From: Octopus vulgaris
Taxonomy: Eukaryota
Length of the DNA stretch: 64,000 nucleotides
NCBI GenBank assembly: GCA_951406725.2
Contig: OX597823.1
Span: forward strand, 44,268,001 to 44,332,000
Direction: 5' to 3'
Part shown: piece after piece, positions 11,925 through 23,700 of the stretch
How the letters are laid out: every line of letters starts with the position of its first letter
How positions within the stretch are numbered: position 1 is the first letter of the stretch
Program-made: the position numbers and the translations under genes
The notes under the pieces: model-generated
Told to the model about the DNA's origin: nothing
What the model saw: only the letters and a program-made list of their open reading frames with translations
Database searches by the model: none

Positions 11925-14356
11925 TTTAACAACAAAAAAATACATACAAAGAAAATCATATCTTTATTTTTGATCTCACCTTATAAATCCAACAATTGTT
12001 TCAATTGCATTAACATTATATACATACACACATGCATACATGTACATATTTATATATATATATATATATAGAAAAGATCATTAAAATTAACATTATCCTT
12101 AAAAATACATGTTAATATAACATGAACATCTGAAAAAATTAGCAGTTAATAAACACTAACAAAAAGAAACGCTTAAATTCAATTCAACTCAAAACACTCC
12201 TTCATTGGATAATGAAATTGTTTTATAAAAATATAATGTACAGATAATGAATTTCCTGAATTGGGAGGTGGATTATATAGAGATGATGCTCTTTTCACAA
12301 TACATAGTTCTAATACAGTTAATTTAGAAAGGTCTGAAAAAAATCTTTCAAAATTATTTAAGTGCCTTGATCTTTCTATCACTATAGAAAATGTCTATAC
12401 TAAGGTTAACTTCCATGATATTACTCTTGATTTAAGTGATGAGCTATACCAACCTTATCATAAGCCTAATGAATGCTTATGATATGTAAATAAAAATTCT
12501 AATCATCCAAGGAGCATAATAAATTCTATCATTAAAAATATATCTACTCTTATTTCGAGGCTTTTGGCTATTGAGGATGTATTTAAATAAAAATAAAAAT
12601 TACTAGAACCATGCATTATTTGAAGCTGGATATAAAAACAAAATTTACTATATCCAGAATCATAATAATAAAATTCCAGAAAATGATAGAATTTTCAATA
12701 AGGTGAAAATTAATAGGGAGGCTAATAAAACTAAGTAGTTAGATAGAAATAAATGCATTAAACAATCTTTTTAACAAGCTAAATAAAAGAAAGAGCAATA
12801 ATGATACAAATGTGATAGACAATAAACTAGGTATTGAAAATGGACATATTATTAAGTATAGGTATTAATCTATAGATACTAAACATGTGGTTGGTATGAA
12901 TATTAATGATAATAGTAGTAACAAATTTAGGAATAAAAATTACAATAGGAAAAAATTCAATTTTAATAAAGGTAATCTGACAAAGAAGTATATATTAATA
13001 ACAAATATATGGTATGCTCTATTCTCATATTCAATAGCTTCTAATATCCCTCATAAATTTATTTGCAGCACTAGATAGGTATTTCCCGCCTTCAAGTAAA
13101 TATGAGAAATTATTTAATAGATATAGTGTAGAGTTTTCGTATTCAGTCACTAGTAATTTAGCTGGGATTATTGCAGCACACAATAAACAGAAAATTAGGG
13201 AATATCTAAATTTTAAATCTTTAAATAAAAGTAGAACAGATAATGTGTATAGTGGAATTAACTTTAATGATATCTTTCTGAACAATGTCTCAGTTCTATA
13301 ACTGATCACAACTCTGATAAAACAGTTAGGCTTTCATTAATATTAATTGTAATAATAATAATCCCACCTAATTTGCAGAGGAGTACTTGTGGAAAATCTT
13401 TCAATTATGAGTACCAAATACAAGTGAATAAATCCATGTGTAAATGTCTAAACAAAACTGTATGTCTTTTAGAAAATCAGTGTTTAAAGAAAAATATAGT
13501 ATATCAGTGTAAGGTAACTGGAGATAGTAAGTATTATTATATTGGTTCATCTGCCACAATATGGAAATCTAGATTTTATTATCATTCTAATTCCTTTGAG
13601 CATAGAAGAAAAAGTATTTCTACAAATCTTAGTAAATGCATTTGGGATTTAAAGGATAAGAACGTTAAGACTGATTTAAAGTGGTCCATAATACAATATT
13701 GGTAATCCTACATGTGATTTTTACCTTGAAAAAATGTATTATATAATTACCTCTAAAGTAATTTTATTGAATTTTAACAGACACTTTACATTAAGATGTT
13801 GCCATAAATTTAGAAAGATACTCAAATGTTTAATTATAATAATTTTTCAATTATTATATAATAAGATTAATTCTTACAAAAGGTTTAATATAATGAGTAA
13901 ATAGCTAAATATTGTGATGTAAAGTATCAAAGTTTCTATTAAAGCATTATGTAGAATTCTTTAGTTATCCAGTGACATTAAAAATTGTATACAAAAATAC
14001 TGTTTTAGGTTATTTTTCTATGTTGATTTCTAATTGTCATAATGTAGAATTCTTATTTGTATTTTTTTATTTTGATTTCATCATTCACTGATGTTACCAA
14101 TAGTTGAATGACTTTTCTTAAATACATCTATTTTTTATTTCATTATCCAACAATGTAATGACGAGTTGAATGAAGGAATGTCTTAGGTTGAATTCAATTT
14201 AGGCATTTCTTTTTCTTAGTGTTTATTAACTGCTAATTTTTTCAGATATTCAGTTGGAATTTCATTAATTTTGGATAACCTTGATAATGTTGTATTAATA
14301 TATATTTTCAAGGATATTATTATTTAATGATATTTTCTATATATAAATATGTACAT

Positions 14357-14390
<34 letters not shown>

Positions 14391-14490
14391 GTATGAATGT
14401 ATGTTAATGTAATTGAAACAATTGTCGGATTTATAAGGTGAGATCTAAAATAAAGATATGATTTTCTTCATACTTATTTTTTGTTATATA
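11925..14490 (+). mobile_element. Penelope-like retroelement, 5'-truncated and decayed (RT + GIY-YIG), with inverted terminal copies
   Basis: GGGLYRDDAL...VNFHDITLDL..YQPYHKPN (12261-12482); CLKKNIVYQCKV...YYIGSSATIWKSRFYYH...LKWSII GIY-YIG (13373-13705); ~11925-12210 is the reverse complement of ~14130-14490. Confidence 0.88.
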
Positions 14491-14659
14491 TAATACATAG
14501 GATATTGGAGCTGTGTTCTTAAAGTAGAATTTAAAAACAGTTTATCGAGTTTAGGAAAAGAATAGCTGTGTATTTTAAGTTGTGTCCCTGACATTCAATA
14601 GCTTGAGCAAATCCATATAGTGATATGTTTGAGAAGAGTTAGATTTTGTTCTTAGTCAG

Positions 14660-14764
14660 CTAATCGGCTTGTCTCTGTTTTGCTTTTGGGTTGCGGTAAT
14701 CAAACAGGCTTGTAGCTTTCATATCACCAACATAGTCGAGTGCCTCAACCAACAGCTTGACAAC
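14660..14764 (-). CDS. CPS1: CPS terminal coding exon, 105 nt ([34 protein letters not shown])
   Basis: tttgcag acceptor; resembles vertebrate CPS1 C-terminus (VTKLFAEA...SLFHYR); TAG at 14660-14662. Confidence 0.92.
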   Translation of the reverse strand, partial: VVKLLVEALDYVGDMKATSLFDYRNPKAKQRQAD

Positions 14765-17700
14765 CTGCAAAGATATAGAACAAATAGAAATCAGGTTTGT
14801 TTTAGAGAAATATATTAACCAAATGATTATATTCCATCGCCAAAATCATTAACATGACATGTTCTTTGGTTTTAAAAGTTTTATTGGCAGAAGTGTTAGA
14901 GCAGTGGGTCTTAACTGTTTTTTATCTATGAACCCCTTTTGTTTACTATTTTACTGTGGTGGACCCCAATAGCTATTCAATGCTTAAAAATTCATTTTAT
15001 AGATACATCTTTTGAAATTCCTAGTATAGATTGAACTATATAAAATGTCAGAGAAAGAAATCAGAACTTTTCAGGGAAGCTTAAAATACTACTGTGGATC
15101 CCCAATTTACTATTTTGCTACTGTGGGACTTCCTGCACCCCACAAAAATATTATATGGACCCCAGTTGAGAACCACTGTGTTGGAGCATCTACCTGTTTG
15201 ACTTAAAGTATACAGTCAGCATAGTGTAAATCAGAACTGAAATATATTTGAATTAGAAAGCCTAGCTGAGAGTGTAATATGAGAATGTTAAGAACATTCC
15301 TTCTATAATTTTGATGTACAGAAAATCTAGTTTAATCACTAGTTTCTTTGTTGGAAAGAATCTCTCAGGATTAATTTTTATCCCTAGTGTTGATAAAACA
15401 TGAAACTATACCAGGTATGTATTGGAATTGACTCTTATCATTGAGCCTGTCTTCTACAAATTTCTGGTTATTTATTCAAATCACAGAATGAACTGAATAT
15501 GTTTGCAATGCACCCATTTTCTAATCTTAATCCTGTAAAATTTCTTAGGTGAGGTTGAGAGCTTCAGGTTTGCTGAAATTGTTTCTTTACAATTTTCTTC
15601 TGGTATGGTCTTACTAATGCATACATTCACATGACAAAACTTATATCATACATATTTGTTACAATTGCTAATGCAGTTTTAAGTTTCAAAATAATTGAAA
15701 ATTTGGGAAGAAATTAATAAAACATGTATAAATTGTTTTATTGGTTCAATGTGTTTATAGTAGGAAAATGAAATTTTTACTAACATGGAAATGTTAAGGG
15801 CTTGTAGTATGTAATCATGACTGGTTGTTCTATATTACTGCTATGAATTCCATGCATTGTTATAGCAGTGTTTTTTTTTATTATTATTCAGGTACCATAA
15901 CACTGACTTATTTGTTCATTCATTCATTTTTGTATCCACTTACTGGTATAGCTTAGACTGACACTTGAGGTATTATATTATGGCCACATGCTCTTCCTAT
16001 TGCCACTATTTGTTATCAAATAGGAGACTTTTTATCCCACTTGTCCTCACAGGACAAGGCGCATGGCTCAGTGGTTAGAGCGTCGAGCTTACGATCGTGA
16101 GGTTGTGAGCTCGAATCCCGGACTGGGCTGTGTGTTGTGTTCTTGAGCAAGGCACTTTATTTCACGTTGCTCCAGTTCACTCAGCTGTAGAAATGAGTTG
16201 CGACGTCACTGGTGCCAAGCTGTATCGACCTTTGTCTTTCCCTTGGATAACACGGGTGGCGTGGAGAGGGGAGGCTGGTATGCATGGGCGACTGCTGGTC
16301 TTCCATAAACAACCTTGCCCGGACTTGTGTCTAGGAGGGTAACTTTCTAGGTGCAATCCCATGGTCATTCATGACCGAAGGGGGTCTTTACCTGTCCTCA
16401 CAGGAAGCAGTGGAGCTGTAGAATGTATTGGTTATTGTCAAATGTAATGCTTATTTATTCACATTCCCTCTCTCTCTCTTTCGGAGAGGCACAAGCACCT
16501 ACACGCACATATACACACACGGCAGTAACTTCCACCTACCGAATTCAATCACAAAGCTCCGGTCAGCTCGGGGCTATAGTGAAAGACACCTACCCAAAGT
16601 GCCACGCAGTTGTTTTGAATTAATCCTGCATTATCTTGTAGCTTTGAGATTTCGATAATGGGATTGTTTACTTTTAAGTATGACATTGTAGGGTAGGTGT
16701 AAGAGGTCAATTTGAACATAAAACAAATGGAATATTTTGGCCAGATATGGCTGGTTTAAATGCTAAAGGGTTAAATGGCGTCATGCAAAGTGAAAACTGA
16801 AAACAAGATATTGGAGAAATTACTGAACTTTTCGGGTTCCAATAAAAAATGTGTATAACTGCCTTTTAGTTTTTAGTACTCTCTTCTATCTTTGTTCACG
16901 TTTATGTGTTTATGGATATCAGTTGTTATTCAAAGCTATTGTCATCCTAGATGGGTAGCCTGTAATGATACTTATGAGTCTGTCTCATTCATGCCATTTC
17001 ATTTTTGAAATATTTTGCATAACTGCATGGTCTTTCTATTACCTTGCATAAGCAAGTTTTCCCAATTTGAGCTGGATTTAATAGTATTCTCCTAAATCAG
17101 TTCTTATTTGGAGTTACTGCCCTCCTAGACAAGTATCTTGTAAACTGGTTTGTGGAGTTTTCTTCTCAATCATAAATTCCACTAATGAAGAATATGAAAG
17201 TGATTTTGTGTAGCTTGGTATAAAGGATGTTGCAATTATGTGAGTATATGCTGAGAGAAAGGGGTTACAAAGTATCTGAGTTTGGAATGATGGTGTCCGG
17301 AGAGATGGTATCTCCAAACAGACAAGTAGCATATGGCATAATGAATTAATCCTTTTGAAAAGTTGTGAGATAATTGTTATGATGGGGATGGGTGGATGTG
17401 TACTGACCTAAAAACTACAAACTACTCGAGCGTATGTTCAGAGAGATTTTAAATTTATATGTTGAATAAAGATAGATTGAACATTTTATCGTGCTTCTGC
17501 CCAAAATTGTGTCAGACAAAATATGACTGCGGCCAGTCAGATACGAGAGTGTACCCAAAAGTAACTGGAAACATTCTCTGTGGGACAAGCCCATTGTAGT
17601 TCAGGCTTACACCACTAGAAGTCACTTGATGCAACCCTCAGGCATCAATTTGCCAACCAATGTTATCCAGTGGGGTCATGTTTTCTTAGCTCTCTTTTTT

Positions 17701-20700
17701 CTTCTGCAAGTACCTTCCATTTGAAACTCCAGAAACATTTTTACCCAGCTGCCACTCATCACATGTCCACACCAATGCAGACTTTCCTCTTGCATTTCAT
17801 TTTTCTCAAACCTAGTTTATCTCTTAGCTCATATGTGATGGTCGTTGATGCACATTAACATTACTCAGAATCAAACCCACGCCTAATAGAAAAATGTGAC
17901 ACAAACACAAGACTGACCTCAAAGTTCGTTATCAAAGGAACAGCACTGTCTATGGATGCTCGTCTGATGAGGTAATTGTCCTTGATGTATTTTGTTTGAT
18001 GGTTAGGCAGATTGATTACCAGGTCGATTTCTCCATCTTGGATCATTCTGTAAATAGAAAAATTGGGAAAAAAATTACTTAAAGAGATCCCTCACAGAGC
18101 TGAGAAGATGTTACTTACATGTTGATAGGTGCAGGTGTGGCTGTGTGGAAAGAAGTTTTCAACATCTGTTGTCCATGCTGCCATGGGTTAAACGGTGTGA
18201 CCAGAGCTGGCAAGCTGCACCAGACTCAAGTCTGATTTGGCATGGTTTCTACAGCTAGATGCTCTTCCTAACACGAATCACTTTACAAAATGTGCTAGAT
18301 GCTTTTACATGACATTGCACAAATGCTTTTACATGGCACCACACAGGTACTTTTACATGTCGCCGCACAAGCACTTATATGTGTAGCTGCACAGGCGCTT
18401 TTATGTGTTGCCACACAAGTATTTTTACATGTCACTGCATGGGCACCACATGGGTGCTTTTATGTGGCACCACCATGAGTGCTTTACACAACCAGAAGGA
18501 TTGGTCTTAACACTTATACTGCTGCTGGGTATGGATCTTTTAGAATAGGGTCAGGCACCAGGTATCTCAGTCCTTTGTCATCTCGCCTGAAAGGTTCAAC
18601 TACCTCAGGTCATTCTTCAGTACTATCCTATGTCTTCCTGGGTCTCCCACTTCCACATGTTCCATCCACTTTGAGAGATCAGCACTTCTTTATGGAACTG
18701 TCAACATCCTTCATTCTGAAAACTTTTGGGTGCGAATTTTACATGAGTATAAGATTTTTTTAAACAATTTTTTTCCCGAAAATCACCTGCATAAATTACA
18801 CATGTGCGCTAATTACATGGGTTTTTACAGTAAAACAGCTAGACTATTTGGGCCAAATATAGCCAGTTTAAATGCTAAAGGGTTTATCTCAGGTTCTGTT
18901 TTATATATAAAAGTGTGTCTATGATAAGTTCAGCTCATCTCATTCTACAACTTGGACAGGAAGGTTGGGCTCTTCCAATAACATAATAGGTGATGGGATG
19001 CACCACCAAATGCATAATTTAGTTGCATATAGAACAACAAATTTGTAAGGTAAAATGACACACTGTTTATGTCTGGAAGCCCTTGTTTCAGTAACTATGG
19101 TACAGCGCTGGAGAAAATAATGGAGAAAATATGAAATATGGACGAACATTTATGAAACACAAAAACAAAAATACAAGCTTACTTTGTAGCTACAGGAAGA
19201 TCTTCTGTTTCATTTCCAGTCAAAGCCCAAGAAACTGCTTGTGTGTTTATCTTGTGTGCATTCAGATAATGTGCAGTTGCATCAGTTGCAAACAGCTTCA
19301 TTTGAGAAAGCCAATAAAAAAGAAAGGAAAAGCAGTTACATTTAAAATCTGAAGAAGTGTAAAAGAGAGAAAAGTATAAATATTTTTCTAAGCTTCTTGG
19401 TTTTTTTTTTATTATTTAAGGTTAGGAGACTCTTATAGCACTGTGTAAACTTCTTGGTGATTTGTGTTCTTGAACAGGTTTCAATTATCAGTTGAAGTAT
19501 TCTTTCACTTAGAATGAAAATGGTATGGGAAAAACATGAACATCTCGTAGAGCCATTATCATCTTTCTTAAAGAGCATCAAGAGTTTAGTTCTTTATGTG
19601 TCAAAAGATTAACACTTCCCAGTACTTCATCCAAACAATAATCAACTCTCTCTTTTTCCCTCAATGCTTCTCAGTACTTCCACTAACAACAACAACAATT
19701 AAAGATATTCATAGAAACACAAGCAGAATGCTACAAATTAATGCCCAACCATTCATGCATTTAGTCAACTGAATCAACTAGCAGGTATGAAACTAAATAC
19801 TATAAGAGTCTGGCACACTACCATATCTGACATAATAAGAGGAGGAGGCAGTAATAAATTATTTGAAAAAAAAAGAAAACATACCTTGTATCCCAGATCT
19901 GAAAGCTTTTTGGCCAATGGAAGAAAATTAGAATGGAAAGAATGTTGTACACCAATCATTACATTACTCCCTTGACGTGGCATTTTGAAACCAGAAGACA
20001 TTATAGCTTTCAGGAAGGCAGTGTACTTCGTTGACCCAAAGCAAGCAACCTGATACAGTAGAAAAGACACATGAAATACGAAGAAAACACGTACAAAAAG
20101 CTAACATTAAAAAAATAAGCCTTTAAATATTGTTCAGAGTAAAAAGAAACCTTAGTAAATTCTCCATTACAGCTGATATGTTAATAAATTAAACATAACA
20201 AATAAGATGCAATAAATTCTCCACGGTTATTTTCAAAATTCTTAAAACAAAAATTATAATTTTGACGAATCCTATTTAGCAAACAATTTTAATAAATTTA
20301 GTACAATACGTGGAGGTGCGTGGCTTAGTAGTTAGGGTGTCAGCATCATGATCGTAAGATTGTGGTTTCGATTCCTGGACCAGGTGACGTGTTGTGTTCT
20401 TGAGCAAAACACTTCATTTTACATTGCTCCAGTCCACTCAGCTGGCAAAAATGAGTAACGCTGCGATGGACTGGCGTCCCGTCCAGCTGGGGAACATATA
20501 TACCATTGAAACCGGGAAACCAGGCCCATGAAACTGGCTGGGCTTTAAAAAGGTGCATTTATTTTTTATTATTTTTAGTACAATACAAAAATTTATGCAA
20601 TTTTGTAAAAAGTAAAAACAGAGTCTAATCATTTCTATGCTAAATCTGACTACAATCAAATCTGAATTCATATGCACATCATAAAGTGTTAGGGTTTGTG

Positions 20701-23700
20701 CATATATAAGCGAATAGTAATTTTGTTTTCAAGGAGGACTCAGCAAGACAAATTGTACAGGCACCTGAAGACCACTTGGTAAAAAGAAGAAAAATATAAG
20801 CAATGTCTGTATATTTTTTTCTTATGAAAAATATGAGTTTAAAATGTCAGTTTTATGAAGTTTTTTTCTCATCATGCATGTATTATTGACAATCCTTTGA
20901 TTGATATTATCTGTCTTTTGGTTGTATTTCTGATTTAGAAAATTAATTTAAATACTGGCTGATTGTTTCAAATATTGTACTGATATTTTAAAGTACTTAA
21001 AGCTTTGGAATATGATTGAAATGTAGGGTAGAAGTAAATATTGGTTTCAAAGTCTGGTACAAGGCCAGCAATTTTGGGGAACGGGTTAGTCAATTATATT
21101 GACACCAATGCTCAATTGGTACTTATTTTATCAATCCCCCAAGGGATGCAAGGCAAAGCCAACCCCAGCAGAATTTGAACTCAGTATATAAAGACAGACA
21201 AAATGCTGTTAAGTATTTTACCTGGAATGTTAACAATTCTGCAAGCTTACTGTTTTAATAATAATAATAATTTCAAAGCTTGTGGGAGGGGATTAAGTCA
21301 TTTAAATTGACCGCAGTGTATAACTGGTACTTATTTAATCAAGGATAAAAGGCAAAATCAACCTCGGCAGAATTTGAACACAGAATGTAAAGACAAGCAA
21401 AATACCTCTAAGCATTTCACCCAGTGTGCCAGCTTACTGTTTTAATAATAATAATAATAATGGTTTCAAATTTTGGAACAAGGTCAGAAATTTTTTTTTG
21501 GGGGGGGGGGGGGGGGTAAGTCAATAACATCAACCCCAGTACTCAACTGGTACTTATTTTATCAACTTCGAAAGGATGAAAGGCAAAGTCAGCCTTAGTG
21601 GAATTTGAACTCAGAACGTGAAGACAACTGAAATGCTGCTAAGCATTTTTACCTGACATGCTAACAGTTCTGCCAGCTTGCCACCTTAGGGTAGAAGTAT
21701 ATAATAAAGTGATGTTTCGTTTCTAAAAATGAGGTTAATAATCCATAAAGACTGTATCAACTAACCTCAAACATTTTGGTATTCCATTAAACTTAAATAT
21801 TTGTCTCATCTTTCTTGGTAGGCCATTTCCATATTGATAATTGTTTTCATATTTTCCTTAACATTAGATAATCAAAACAGACAAGACATACTAAAGCAAA
21901 ATACTTTCATACAAGCTCTATCCAAGAAATTGTCTATCTTCCTTCCACATGTTAGCTTTGTTTCAGATACCAGGGTCTACACCAACCACTTGATCCTATC
22001 TTTCCAGAACAAAGAACCCTCTAGAATTCTCTTCCTGACAACATAGCCAGCTAGCCAGCAGACACTCACTTTGAGAAGTTCAAACTGAATAAAACACACA
22101 TCATTTGCCACAGTCACAGGGGAGAATACACGATTCATGGAAACAACCCCCACCTACATCCCTTCCTCTTGACTTACCTACAATAAAATAAAATATAAAA
22201 AACTGAATATTAGAAATAAAAAAATCTCCATATATATACTTACTTCACCTGTGGAAGCCATTTCACACTTCAGCAAAGGATCAGCATCCCTCAAACGGGG
22301 CCAAGAAAACATGGGCGCCTGTAGTATATTGGAACAGAGAAAAACAGAAAACAACTCTTTAATTAACCCATCAAATAATTCTGAATTATTAATAATTATT
22401 AACAATGTATACATACAAAATTACTAACAACACTTTGAAACAAAAATTCGAGTAAGTTTACTGCACCTGTTGTGTTGTAAGATGTATCTAAAAGGATTAG
22501 CATTAGAATTAATCTAAAAGTTACCCTTTGACCATATTTTGAGATTTTAACTGACTGAATTCAAAAACTACATACAGAAGTAAAGAGAACTTCCTCTCTG
22601 TGCTCAATACATCGATCAGTTAGTTTGAAGCCAGATTTGTGAAACTGAGTAACCCAACAAATTAACATGTTTTTATAGATTTTGCATACACGAATGTATA
22701 TGATCTAGTAGTTAAGGCGTTGGCTGGGTTCATGGTCATAAAATCCTGGGTTCATTTCCCAGACCAGGTGGTATGTAAAAAGCACCAACCGATCGTGGAT
22801 GTTGCCAGCCTCCCCTGGCACCTGTGTCGGTGGCATGTAAAAAGCACCCACTACACTCAGAGTGATTGGCGTTAGGAAGGGCATCCAGCTGTAGAAACAC
22901 TGCCAGATCAGACTGGAGCCTGGTGCAGCTTCCTGGCTTCCCAGACCTCGGTCGAACTGTCCAACCCATGCTAGCATGGAAAACGGACGTTAAACGATGA
23001 TGATGATGAATCATTATTAGGGAGTACAACTCCAAACTTACAGGGAAAAATATATATACATATATACAAATTGCATTATAGTGATCCATACCTTTATGCC
23101 TACATATGTTTTGGGATCCATAGGGTTATCTAGACTGGGCAAATGGTTCCTTTCAATAGGAAGATTGGTCATAACTTTTGTGGCTGTGGCTACAAAGTCA
23201 GTACCAATTGTTTTGGAAACAAAGGGACATGACCTGGAAGCACGAAGATTCAATTCAATCACCTGTAACAGAAAAGGAAAAGAGATTTATATAAACAAGT
23301 AAATGTTTCTAAGTTTATATAGGATTGTTTTTTGTTTTATATATATATATATATATAGCTTCAGTATACCTACAACCTGTTGGCTGGAACTAGTATAAAA
23401 TAAATGTGTGTATGACTACTACTACCACAACTACTATTACTGCCAACATTACTACTAATTCCACTATCACCATTTTTATTGCTTGCGAAGACCTGTTGGG
23501 GCAAGTGAAATCGGAATCAAAATTGAACCAATCCTATGACTGGCACCCGGCAGATGCCAGAACCCCTGGACTGGAGATACGTAAAAAGCACTATCCGAAT
23601 CGTGGCCGATGCCAGCGCCGCCTTGACTGGCTTCCGTGTCGGTGGCACGTAAAAAGCACCATCCAAATCGTGGCCGAAGCCAGTGCCGCCTCGACTGGCT

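Noticed and set aside
14080-14115. ctgatgttaccaatagttgaatg in the Penelope 3' region as a hammerhead
   Set aside because: Core lacks CUGANGA and GAAA and no stems could be paired; at most a relic.
14636-14662. Stop-codon readthrough (TAG-CTG) extension
   Set aside because: Would add only about 7 residues with no targeting motif; context is not the UGA-CUAG readthrough signal.
16058-16130. tRNA-like sequences at SINE heads (also ~38870-38939, ~48036-48107)
   Set aside because: A/B boxes present but no full cloverleaf; continue into SINE bodies, so not tRNA genes.
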